Assembly: GCA_023393635.1 (NCBI GenBank)
Contig: JAEWKT010000052.1
Span: forward strand, 13,573 to 77,572
Direction: 5' to 3'
Source: Pseudomonadota bacterium
GTDB lineage: Bacteria > Pseudomonadota > Gammaproteobacteria > Pseudomonadales > Moraxellaceae
DNA length: 64,000 nucleotides
This document shows positions 46,210-55,237 of the stretch, piece after piece (the stretch's first letter is position 1; each line of letters starts with the position of its first letter). Under the pieces are notes generated by a model. That model was not told the DNA's origin. It made no database searches and worked only from the letters and a program-made list of their open reading frames with translations. The position numbers were made by a program, and so were the translations under genes.

Positions 46210-47880
46210 ATGGAACACATCGAACGCGAAGCGATGGAGTTTGACGTGGTCATTGTTGGTGCGGGGCCTGCTGGCCTTTCTGCCGCTATTCGCCTGCGCC
46301 AATTGGCTATTGAAAAAAACATGCCTGAACTATCGGTGTGTGTGGTAGAAAAAGGCTCCGAAGTGGGCGCACATATCTTATCAGGTGCAGTACTAGAACC
46401 ACGTGCCTTAAACGAGTTGTTCCCAGACTGGAAAGAATTGGGCGCGCCTTTAACTGTACCCGCCAAAGAAGACAAAACCTACTTCTTGCTGTCCAGTGAA
46501 AAAAGCATTGAAATGCCACATTTCTTTGTACCCAAAACCATGCATAACGACGGCAACTATATTGTCAGCCTTGGCAACGTGGTGCGCTGGTTAGGTCAAA
46601 AAGCTGAAGAACTGGAAGTATCTATTTTCCCAGGTTTTGCTGCGGCTGACGTGCTATATAACGATGATGGTAGCGTGCGCGGTGTAGTTACTGGCGACAT
46701 GGGCATTGGTAAAGATGGCCAGCCGACACATAATTTTGCACCAGGTTATGAGCTGTTAGCCAAATACACCATTTTTGCTGAAGGCTGCCGTGGTCATTTG
46801 GGCAAACGCTTAATGAGCCGCTTTGACCTGTGCAAGGATTCTGATCCCCAGCATTATGGTATTGGTATTAAAGAGCTATGGGAAATCGACCCTGCCAAGC
46901 ATAAAGAAGGTCTGGTCATGCATGGTGCGGGTTGGCCATTAACAGAAACTGGCTCCAGTGGCGGTTGGTGGTTGTACCATGCTGAAAACAACCAAGTGAC
47001 CATGGGCATGATTATGGATTTGTCCTATAAAAATCCGCATGCTTACCCATTTGAAGAAATGCAGCGCTGGAAACACCATCCATTAATTAAGCAATACTTA
47101 GAAGGCGGTAAACGCCTGTCTTATGGCGCGCGTGCAGTAGTTAAAGGCGGTTTAAATGCCTTGCCTAAGCTGACCTTTCCAGGTGGCTGCTTAATTGGTG
47201 ATGATGCTGGTTTCTTAAACTTTGCCAAGATCAAAGGCTCTCACACTGCCATGAAATCTGGCATGTTGTGTGCTGAAGCAATTTTTGAAGCACTGGCTGA
47301 AGGCCGCGCAGGTGATGAAGTAACGGCTTATACCGATAAGTTCAATAATAGCTGGTTGCGTGAGGAGTTATTCAAGTCACGTAATTTTGGTGCGGCCATG
47401 CATAAGTTTGGCACCTTTATTGGTGGTGGCTTTAACTTTATTGACCAGAACATTTTCCGTATTCCATTTACACTACGTGACTTGTTACCCGATTATAAAG
47501 CCACGCAAACCGTTGCCGAAAATAACTTCAAGCCAACTTATCCAAAACCAGACGGTAAAATTAGCTTTGATCGTTTATCTTCAGTATTTATTTCTAATAC
47601 GGTACATGAAGAAAACCAGCCAGCGCATTTAAAATTGACTGACCCAACCATTCCAGTAGAAGTAAACCTACCAAAATGGGCTGAGCCAGCACAACGCTAC
47701 TGCCCTGCTGGCGTATATGAAATTGTCAATGATGGCGGTGAAAACAAAGATCAGCCACGTTTCCAGATCAATGCGGCCAACTGCGTACACTGCAAAACCT
47801 GTGATATTAAAGACCCTTCACAAAACATCACCTGGGTAACGCCTGAAGGTGGTGGTGGGCCTAATTACCCTAATATGTAA
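46210..47880 (+). CDS. etfD: Electron transfer flavoprotein-ubiquinone oxidoreductase
   Basis: GAGPAG, GAHILSGA, CPAGVYE, NCVHCKTCDIKDP, GGPNY; GAGGAG RBS before ATG 46210. Confidence 0.96.
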   Translation: MEHIEREAMEFDVVIVGAGPAGLSAAIRLRQLAIEKNMPELSVCVVEKGSEVGAHILSGAVLEPRALNELFPDWKELGAPLTVPAKEDKTYFLLSSEKSIEMPHFFVPKTMHNDGNYIVSLGNVVRWLGQKAEELEVSIFPGFAAADVLYNDDGSVRGVVTGDMGIGKDGQPTHNFAPGYELLAKYTIFAEGCRGHLGKRLMSRFDLCKDSDPQHYGIGIKELWEIDPAKHKEGLVMHGAGWPLTETGSSGGWWLYHAENNQVTMGMIMDLSYKNPHAYPFEEMQRWKHHPLIKQYLEGGKRLSYGARAVVKGGLNALPKLTFPGGCLIGDDAGFLNFAKIKGSHTAMKSGMLCAEAIFEALAEGRAGDEVTAYTDKFNNSWLREELFKSRNFGAAMHKFGTFIGGGFNFIDQNIFRIPFTLRDLLPDYKATQTVAENNFKPTYPKPDGKISFDRLSSVFISNTVHEENQPAHLKLTDPTIPVEVNLPKWAEPAQRYCPAGVYEIVNDGGENKDQPRFQINAANCVHCKTCDIKDPSQNITWVTPEGGGGPNYPNM

Positions 47881-47910
47881 TTAGTATCCGAATATGTAAT
47901 TTGCGTATGG

Positions 47911-47941
47911 AAAAGGCCTCAACGATTGTTGGGGCTTTTTT
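47911..47941. terminator. Terminator between ETF-QO and the PhyH-family gene
   Basis: AAAAGGCCTCAAC-GATT-GTTGGGGCTTTTTT. Confidence 0.8.
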
Positions 47942-47945
47942 ATAA

Positions 47946-48722
47946 CTAAAATAATTTACCTGCCTCAATAAACCACTCACTATTTTCAAGCTGAGCTAAC
48001 TCATCTGCTGTAGGCTGTACTCGTGTCTCCATAGAACCTTGTATCAGTGGATGCGGCTTGCCAATGCAAATATCCAGCGCCAGCCGCTCATGATTAAAAT
48101 CGTACCGACCGCGATGGATCATTTGCGCATTAAAAATCAGCACATCGCCTTGCTTCAGCGTCATGAGCTGACTATGCGGCAAATGATCATGTTGCTGATG
48201 GCCGTGCAGGGCAAAACGAACATTACGCTCAAGTTCTGAATCCCATTGAATATGACTGTGCGGAATTAACTCAATACCTGTTTCATCAATCAGCGGAATG
48301 CGGACATGCAAGGAAGTAAGCTGAAGATGCAATTGTTGCTGTTGCTCATCAGAAATAGGGCTGTACTGCAAATCCCGATGCCAGTAATTGTTTCTGGTTT
48401 TATCGACTGGATTAAAAAATAGCTGGGTATTATGAAAATAAATAGCTTCGCCAAAATACGCTTTTAAAATGTTAACCAGCTTAGCTGATGCCAATAAATC
48501 AAAAAATTGAAGCCTTAATTCGGGATGAGATTTAAAATACTGTGGATACGTTAAGGAGTGCATATTGACTAATTGGTCAAAGCCTGGCGTATGCTGGTTG
48601 TTAGTATGCCATTGCTTATACACACTCATCACACTGTGCCTGAGCTGGGCAATATTTTTGTTATCCAATAACTGCGGCAGCAACACATAACCATTCTGCT
48701 GGTAGAATTGTTTATTATCCAT
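47946..48722 (-). CDS. Phytanoyl-CoA dioxygenase (PhyH) family Fe/2OG oxygenase
   Basis: FYQQNGYV N-terminus, WHRD (HxD), GDVLIF...IHRG distal His. Confidence 0.88.
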   Translation of the reverse strand: MDNKQFYQQNGYVLLPQLLDNKNIAQLRHSVMSVYKQWHTNNQHTPGFDQLVNMHSLTYPQYFKSHPELRLQFFDLLASAKLVNILKAYFGEAIYFHNTQLFFNPVDKTRNNYWHRDLQYSPISDEQQQQLHLQLTSLHVRIPLIDETGIELIPHSHIQWDSELERNVRFALHGHQQHDHLPHSQLMTLKQGDVLIFNAQMIHRGRYDFNHERLALDICIGKPHPLIQGSMETRVQPTADELAQLENSEWFIEAGKLF

Positions 48723-48841
48723 TAGCCCTCTTGCATAAATATACTTCTGAGCGATTTATAGTTCTCTAGAGGTTATAAATCTCAATCATTGCGCCGATCT
48801 TTTCCTGAAGTATGCAAGAGTAATTACTTCAATAGAAACTT

Positions 48842-49516
48842 TTAAAATTTTCCTGCTTTACTTTCCAAAAGAGAACGTCTTTCTATGAGGTTGGTTTCCA
48901 TTTCATACATCATTTGAAAAGTTTGCTTATCCTCAACTGTTTTTTGAGAATCAACAATTCTTTTAAGCTTATCCTTATACTCAACTTTGCCAGAATGGAA
49001 TAAATTCGCAAAATAAGCCCATTCAATATGAGGGTATAAAGGATTATTTTTATCGAGATCTGCTAATGTCTCTTGATATAGTTGAGCTGCATCTGAGTAA
49101 CATTCTTGAATTTCAGTATGCGTTTTATGAATCGATTCCATTAATAAACACTGAAAACTTTTCATATTAGATGTTTGTTTTTTAGAAAGAATTTCTTCCG
49201 TGAGTTCATAAGCCCTGAGGTAATTACCATTACGCATTAGAATACTTAATTGGATATTGTTGCGTTCTTTGTCAGAATTAATTTTAGATGTTTTAGAAAA
49301 AATAGACTCAAGCTTTTGTTGGGTAACTTGTTCATTTTCTTCATTAGGGGCATTTAAAATAATTTGATTATACTCATCGATAATTGCTTCACTTTCATCT
49401 GTAAGTTTATCTTGAGTTTTACTATTTGAGGTAGTTAAAATAGGTAAATTACTTGAACTATTACAAGCCGCTAAAGCTAATGCTACCAAAAAAAAGAAGA
49501 TTAGAGGGTTTTTCAT
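48842..49516 (-). CDS. Lipoprotein, putative T6SS immunity protein
   Basis: MKNPLIFFFLVALALAA-C lipobox, helical TPR-like body; starts 2 nt after the PAAR-effector stop. Confidence 0.75.
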   Translation of the reverse strand: MKNPLIFFFLVALALAACNSSSNLPILTTSNSKTQDKLTDESEAIIDEYNQIILNAPNEENEQVTQQKLESIFSKTSKINSDKERNNIQLSILMRNGNYLRAYELTEEILSKKQTSNMKSFQCLLMESIHKTHTEIQECYSDAAQLYQETLADLDKNNPLYPHIEWAYFANLFHSGKVEYKDKLKRIVDSQKTVEDKQTFQMMYEMETNLIERRSLLESKAGKF

Positions 49517-49518
49517 GG

Positions 49519-50337
49519 CTAAGTACGTCTGGATGCTGAGTTTAACTCGAATGTATATTTTTTATAAGGAGGAACTGGGGAAATAATATTTCGAGTATTA
49601 TTTGGTATCACGTTATAGCCCAGTTCAAGTTCCACCTCTACTAATTGTAAGTTCGGTTCTGGTAAAGTGATATTACAACTCCCTAACGGCATTCTTTTTT
49701 TATCGGTATCCCAAACACCTTCACCTACTTTGAGTTTAGATTTATTATGAATTTTTCCTGCACGTGTAACTTTTACAGACCCATATGGTATTACTTTGCC
49801 ATTTTCAGTCAATGGAAATGCATTGACAGATACGCTGATAAATAAGTTTTTACCTTCTACAACATAATTTAAAAAGTAGCTAACTGCTCCAGCAAGGATT
49901 TGGACACCTTCATCAAATGGAGGAATTACTGCTTTATGGTTAATAAAGACATCAGTATTATGTCTTTCAATATAGTAATTTTCATATTTTTCACGCTCCT
50001 CTGAAAAGCTATTTGAAAAGTTCGACAAAGAGTTATTTATTGGAGTAAAGGAATTTACACTGTGAAATCCACTGCCAGAGGTTTTTACTGTTAAATGCTG
50101 ACTTGAAATAAAAGTAGCACCGCAAGTAGTTTTATCGCCTGCAACGATAACTGCCTTACCATTAATGATGACGAGTTAATTCCCAGCTATTGCTGAAACA
50201 ATAGTTTTACATTTGGGGCAAAAGTGTTTCATCCCACTCAGATGAGCTGCTTTTTCAGCAACTAAAAATGTTGAATCAACCTCTAGCACTATCCCACCAT
50301 GGGTGGTTTTATCTCCAACTGTGATTATGGCTTGCAT
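49519..50337 (-). pseudogene. PAAR-domain protein with C-terminal extension (putative T6SS effector), interrupted by an in-frame TAA
   Basis: From ATG 50337: MQAIITVGDKTTHGGIVLEVDSTFLVAEKAAHLSGMKHFCPKCKTIVSAIAGN*LVIINGKAVIVAGDKTTCGATFISSQ... The stop is at 50176-50178 and the same frame continues into track ORF 49519..50028 (272 codons before the terminal stop). Confidence 0.88.
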
Positions 50338-50561
50338 TTGTTATTCCATTTTCTATAAAATTTTTAATAGTAACTTGGCAGAATGGACCTTATCTTAGTA
50401 AATTAAATCTCATTCGATACTTTCGCAAGATGCCTATTGCTTATCATTCATTGCTTTAAGCCTCTATCACCTCGATATTTGATTCGGTTTTTGACATCGC
50501 AGATAGAATATCGGTCAGATTCAAACGCGCACACGACATAAAGACATGGATAATCAATCAA

Positions 50562-50828
50562 TTAGCCCTTCTTCACCCAATATACATAAATACCAGGCTC
50601 ATCCGTGGTTTGCTGCTGCCCAACCAGCTCATGTCCCAAATGCAGGCAGAACTTAGGAATATCGCGCGTGGTCGAGGGATCCGTGGCCAGCACTTTAATC
50701 ACCGCACCGCTTTGACTTTTGCGAATAGCTTGATGCAGCATCATAACAGGTTCAGGGCAGTTTAAGCCTTGGGTGTCTAGCAAGGTATCATAAGGTAAAT
50801 TTACAAACTGCTCGGACATGCGGGGCAT
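50562..50828 (-). CDS. tusA: Sulfur carrier TusA
   Basis: [30 protein letters not shown]. Confidence 0.95.
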   Translation of the reverse strand: MPRMSEQFVNLPYDTLLDTQGLNCPEPVMMLHQAIRKSQSGAVIKVLATDPSTTRDIPKFCLHLGHELVGQQQTTDEPGIYVYWVKKG

Positions 50829-51034
50829 AGTTCATCTATTAAATGGCAGGATATTATAACATTGTCTTGAAGCAGTTTGTCTGGATCAGTGCTCAAGTGC
50901 GTGGTCATCAGGCTTAAACAAGCATAGATGAATGATTGATCTCTACAAAATATGCCACATCAGTTTTAATATATGAAAGCCTATGCTCAATTATGATAAT
51001 CTCCCCATTGTTGGTTTTAACTTGAGATGTAAAC

Positions 51035-51883
51035 ATGGCTGAGGTGAAGCCCACAGTTCCACAGGGAACATCGTGGACAATGCGTGGCTTAAAAAAGTGG
51101 CTATCAACAGCGCCTGAAACGCGTGATGAACTGATGAAACTGGTGCATGATTCACGGCGGTTTTTAGAACCTGATACCGTGGATATGCTAGAGGGTGTGC
51201 TGGATTTACCTGCAACACAAATCCGTGAAATTATGACCCCGCGCCCTGCCATTGTCAGCATATGCGAAGAAGATCAACTGCTTGATATTTTACCAAAACT
51301 CATTGAATCGGCACATTCACGCTTTCCTGTGTTTTCTACCATCGATCAGGATACCGTGATTGGTATTTTACTGGCCAAGGATTTATTGCCAGTTCTGAGC
51401 CAGGCGCAACACTCTGTCAATATTATTGATTTAATGCGCCAGCCTGTGTTTGTGCCTGAAACGGCGCGCTCTGACCAAGTCCTGCGCATGTTAAAGCACA
51501 CCCAGACCCATATTGCCATTGTAGTGGACGAATATGGCACCACGTCGGGCATTGTGACCCTGGAAGATTTATTAGAAGAAATTGTGGGCGAAATTGCTGA
51601 TGAACACGATACCAGCGATCCATTGGCAGAATATATTGTGCCAGATCACGAAATTTCTGGGGCATGGCTGGTACAAGCGCTAACCCCAGTTGAACATTTT
51701 AATGATGTATTAAATGCCGATTTTTCTACCGAAGAAGTGGAAACTATTGGTGGTTTGTTATTACAGGAAATTGGACGTGTGAGCGATTTAGAAGGTCAGG
51801 TGGTGATATTAGACAACTGGACATTTAAAATTTTGCAGGCCGATACCCGTAGTATTATTTTGGTGAGAGCTATTCAAGCATGA
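51035..51883 (+). CDS. corC: CorC/YbeX CBS-domain Mg/Co transport-associated protein
   Basis: IMTPR, HSRFPV, IVVDEYG, LEEIVGEI.DEHD, ETIGG; upstream of lnt. Confidence 0.92.
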   Translation: MAEVKPTVPQGTSWTMRGLKKWLSTAPETRDELMKLVHDSRRFLEPDTVDMLEGVLDLPATQIREIMTPRPAIVSICEEDQLLDILPKLIESAHSRFPVFSTIDQDTVIGILLAKDLLPVLSQAQHSVNIIDLMRQPVFVPETARSDQVLRMLKHTQTHIAIVVDEYGTTSGIVTLEDLLEEIVGEIADEHDTSDPLAEYIVPDHEISGAWLVQALTPVEHFNDVLNADFSTEEVETIGGLLLQEIGRVSDLEGQVVILDNWTFKILQADTRSIILVRAIQA

Positions 51884-53460
51884 GACAATTGTTTGCGCGC
51901 TTAAATAGAAAAAAAACCAGTAACCTCCCACAACTTCCGCTGATCAGTGCAATGATTTTTGCTCTGCTGGCAGGCGCCATGTTTCCTCTGGCCTTATCGC
52001 CTTATGAATGGTGGTGGTTTGCCCTGATCTCGCCTGCTATTTTTTATGCCTTACTCAATAACCGTACTACGGGTCAGGCATTTTTAATTGGCCATAGCTA
52101 CGGCTTTGGCTTATGGTCAGTAGGCGCGTTTTGGCTGTATACCTCCATTCATGTGTATGGCGATACGCCAATGCCACTTGCACTAGCCATGATTGCATTT
52201 GTCGGGCTGGGCATGGGCTTGTTTAATGCCATCCAGGCTGCCTTGTATCGTCGGTTTTTTGGTCAAAGCCCATTGACCTTTGCGCCTTTATGGGTGGTTA
52301 CAGAGTGGACTAAAACCTGGATATTTACGGGCTTTCCGTGGTTGTTTGCAGGCTATGCGTTTATCACCTACCAGCTTGATAACTTTGCCCCACTCGCGGG
52401 TATTTTTGCTGTGTCATTTGTGGTTATTTTTATGGCAGCGGCTTTAGTTGAGCTGATTAAAGGCCGTCTATTCTGGATTTTGCCCAGTGTGTTACTGGCG
52501 GTGATTGCTGTGGCTTTGGGTCATGTACAATGGACAACGCCCAAAAACACCAAACCGCTGAGTGTGTCGTTAATTCAGGGCAATATTCCGCAAGATTTAA
52601 AATGGCTAACCGAATATCAGGGTGAAACTTTGGCCGTGTATGCCAATTTAAGCCAAACTGAATGGGGACGTGATTTGGTGGTTTGGCCAGAATCGTCTAT
52701 TCCGCTCTTTCAAACGGATGTACAGCCATTTATTGATGCAGTATCGGACTATGCCAGGCAAAATGGTACTGCATGGGTTACTGGCATTCCATACGCTGAC
52801 ACCAATACCTATAACCCGCATACCAACAGCTATGATGTATTTTATAACGGTATTATGGCCGCTGGACAAAGCGCGCAAGGCTTATATAAAAAGCAACGTT
52901 TGGTTCCGTTTGGTGAGTATGTGCCGCTATCGGGTGCTTTAAAATGGGTATTACCCGCCCTTAAAGATGATGTCAGTATGAGCAGCTTTAGCGCAGGCGG
53001 CACTCATCAAAAGCCCTTAATGGTTAAAAGCCATGCTTTGGCTGCGGCCATTTGCTATGAAGTGGCCTACCCCAATTTAACCCGTAACAATGCCTTAGAT
53101 AGCGATTTTCTGGTGACCTTGTCTAATGATGCGTGGTTTACAGGCACAGATGGCCCATGGCAGCATTTGCAAATGGTACAAATGCGCGCCAAAGAAACAG
53201 GACGCTGGTTTATTCGCGCCACCAATACTGGCGTCACTGCTTTTATTACGCCTGAAGGCCATATTGAACGTCTGCTGAAGCAGGATGTACGCGGTGTGCT
53301 ACGCGGTGACTTGCCAGCCATGCAAGGCAGTACGCCTTATATGCGCTTTGGTGACTGGCCAATTTTAACTTTTAGTGCATTGCTGCTATTGCTGGGTGGC
53401 TGGATTAGATATCAAAATAATGCCACTAGCATTAAGCCATGGAAGCACAGGGCAGGATAA
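51880..53460 (+). CDS. lnt: Apolipoprotein N-acyltransferase
   Basis: GFPW, QGNIPQ, WPE, YKK..LVPFGE, ICYE, NDAWF, RATNTG. Confidence 0.97.
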   Translation: MRQLFARLNRKKTSNLPQLPLISAMIFALLAGAMFPLALSPYEWWWFALISPAIFYALLNNRTTGQAFLIGHSYGFGLWSVGAFWLYTSIHVYGDTPMPLALAMIAFVGLGMGLFNAIQAALYRRFFGQSPLTFAPLWVVTEWTKTWIFTGFPWLFAGYAFITYQLDNFAPLAGIFAVSFVVIFMAAALVELIKGRLFWILPSVLLAVIAVALGHVQWTTPKNTKPLSVSLIQGNIPQDLKWLTEYQGETLAVYANLSQTEWGRDLVVWPESSIPLFQTDVQPFIDAVSDYARQNGTAWVTGIPYADTNTYNPHTNSYDVFYNGIMAAGQSAQGLYKKQRLVPFGEYVPLSGALKWVLPALKDDVSMSSFSAGGTHQKPLMVKSHALAAAICYEVAYPNLTRNNALDSDFLVTLSNDAWFTGTDGPWQHLQMVQMRAKETGRWFIRATNTGVTAFITPEGHIERLLKQDVRGVLRGDLPAMQGSTPYMRFGDWPILTFSALLLLLGGWIRYQNNATSIKPWKHRAG

Positions 53461-53466
53461 AATAAA

Positions 53467-53500
53467 TCATGAGTCAGTGGTGATTGCCACTGGCTCATGA
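53467..53500. terminator. Hairpin between convergent lnt and CobW-like genes
   Basis: TCATGAGTCAGTGG-TGATTG-CCACTGGCTCATGA; weak U-tract. Confidence 0.6.
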
Positions 53501-53522
53501 ATTTCAAATTAGATTCACCACC

Positions 53523-54224
53523 TCAACTCTTTACTGCTTTATAAACAGTAGAGAGTGTCTTTGCTTTATGCGGCCTTGCTTTATACAGCTTAGCAACATG
53601 CGGCACATCAATTTGATCCAATAACACCTTCCCGTGCGCCGTATAGATGAGTGGCTGCTCCTGATAATAACCCTGCTGTATTAATTGCTGTAATGCGTCT
53701 TCATCTGCTGGCTGCATCACATCAGCATGCGACAGTATAATGATATCGGCATTGGCTATCTGAGCCTGAAAGTTTTCATGCTTTAGTAAGCGAGGATCAT
53801 GCAAATTGGTGCCATTGATGACGGTTAATACGGCACGCAAAGACAATGCAGTTGCCCAGTGCGCACCACTTAACTGCTGGATTAGTTGTGCGGCATGTGC
53901 CAACCCTGTGGCTTCAATAAATAAACGGTCAGGTTTGGATTGTGATAACAGCCGTGATAACGCAATTTGCATGGGCAAATGATTGGTACAACACATACAG
54001 CCGCCAATCACCTGCTTGATGGCAATACTGCCATTGTCAGCATGTTCTGGCGGCACAATTAAGGTTGCATCAATTTCAACCTGCCCCGCTTCATTGACTA
54101 ATACTGCCCACGTTTCCTGCGCTGGTTTTTGTGCCAGCAAATGATTGAGCAACGTGGTTTTGCCAGCTCCTAAAAATCCAACAATAATATGCGTAGGAAT
54201 GGCGTGAATCATGGGCTGAGTCAT
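53523..54224 (-). CDS. CobW/COG0523-family GTPase, N-terminal domain only
   Basis: GFLGAGKTT, VNE.G, GGCMCC, IEATGLA. The ORF ends soon after the G-domain. Start uncertain (54263, 54224 or 54212). Confidence 0.85.
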   Translation of the reverse strand: MTQPMIHAIPTHIIVGFLGAGKTTLLNHLLAQKPAQETWAVLVNEAGQVEIDATLIVPPEHADNGSIAIKQVIGGCMCCTNHLPMQIALSRLLSQSKPDRLFIEATGLAHAAQLIQQLSGAHWATALSLRAVLTVINGTNLHDPRLLKHENFQAQIANADIIILSHADVMQPADEDALQQLIQQGYYQEQPLIYTAHGKVLLDQIDVPHVAKLYKARPHKAKTLSTVYKAVKS

Positions 54225-54325
54225 AAGGTGTCCAAGCAGGCCAGGTCTGGTCTCCATCAGCATAGCATGATTGCAGCCAGCTTAAATTTTGAAAACTGAA
54301 ATGAACAAAGTGTGAAAGCATCATT

Positions 54326-54346
54326 TTGTGCAGCATGTTTGCACAA
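54326..54346. promoter_or_regulatory. Candidate operator (7-7-7 inverted repeat)
   Basis: TTGTGCA-GCATGTT-TGCACAA between the divergent CobW-like and pirin genes. Confidence 0.45.
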
Positions 54347-54435
54347 GCAGAACAGAGCGTTGCAGTTTTATAGCTTTTTAAATAGGCAGGTTTACGCATA
54401 ATAAAAGCAAGCCATAAAATGATACCGAGGTCTTA

Positions 54436-55137
54436 ATGAACACTTATATCCATCGCCATGAACATCGCGGCCATGTTCAGGCTGGCTGGTTAAATACGCG
54501 GCATAGTTTTTCGTTTGGCCAATGGCAAGACCCACGCTACATGGGTGTTTCTGCCCTGCGCGTGATTAATGAAGATATTATTGCCGCGCATCAGGGTTTT
54601 GGCCGCCATGGCCATGACAATATGGAAATTTTAACGTATGTGCTGTCTGGCCGCTTAAGCCACCAGGACAGTATGGGTAATATTGAGCACATTGAAGCTG
54701 GTGAATGGCAACTGATGAGTGCAGGTACAGGTGTGCAACATAGTGAAATGAATAGTGCTGATACCCCTGTGCATTTGCTGCAAATCTGGTTATATCCCAA
54801 TGTGCGTAATGCAGAACCCACTTATCAGCAAATAAAGCTTGACCCTCGAGATCACCCTAATCAATGGCATCATATTGTATCGCCAACACAGGATACCCCG
54901 CTGTTTATTCGGCAGGATGCCAATATCTCAGCAGCTTATCTTCATGCTGGAAAAACACTACCGCTTGAACCACAAAAAGCCCTTAATTATTTGCATGTGA
55001 TTGAAGGCAAAGTGCGGATCAATGATGAGATTGTACAAACGGGTGATGCCATGGTGTTTGAAGGTGATGCTGAAATCATTGCTGATGCTGATGCACATTT
55101 ACTGTGGTTTGATTTACCCGCAAAAGCATCAACATGA
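54436..55137 (+). CDS. Pirin family protein (YhhW-like)
   Basis: HSFSF, LRVINED, HGHDNMEI, HQDSMG, MSAGTGVQHSE. Confidence 0.94.
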   Translation: MNTYIHRHEHRGHVQAGWLNTRHSFSFGQWQDPRYMGVSALRVINEDIIAAHQGFGRHGHDNMEILTYVLSGRLSHQDSMGNIEHIEAGEWQLMSAGTGVQHSEMNSADTPVHLLQIWLYPNVRNAEPTYQQIKLDPRDHPNQWHHIVSPTQDTPLFIRQDANISAAYLHAGKTLPLEPQKALNYLHVIEGKVRINDEIVQTGDAMVFEGDAEIIADADAHLLWFDLPAKAST

Positions 55138-55186
55138 GTATAGGTTAATACGCTTAGCCAGTATTCAAAACGCAAAACTTAAAACC

Positions 55187-55217
55187 AAAAAATCCCGCCA
55201 TCAAGACGGGATTTTTT
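55187..55217. terminator. Bidirectional terminator (pirin/ahpF)
   Basis: A6-TCCCG-loop-CGGGA-T6. Confidence 0.85.
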
Positions 55218-55237
55218 AAGGTTAAAATAACGCTACC

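Larger units (their letters stand above)
48721..50569. mobile_element. Small AT-rich islet bounded by 9-bp direct repeats (no mobility gene)
   Basis: ATTAGCCCT at 48721-48729 and 50561-50569. Two sampled 60-mers (49201, 49261) are 33% and 27% GC, visibly lower than flanking genes. Contains a PAAR gene and a lipoprotein gene. Confidence 0.6.

Noticed and set aside
48728..48841. Integron attC site at the islet end
   Set aside because: No RYYYAAC...GTTRRRY boundaries and no integrase or second cassette.
49519..50028. 169-aa ORF as an independent gene
   Set aside because: TTG start without a clear RBS. It is the in-frame 3' part of the interrupted PAAR gene beginning at 50337.
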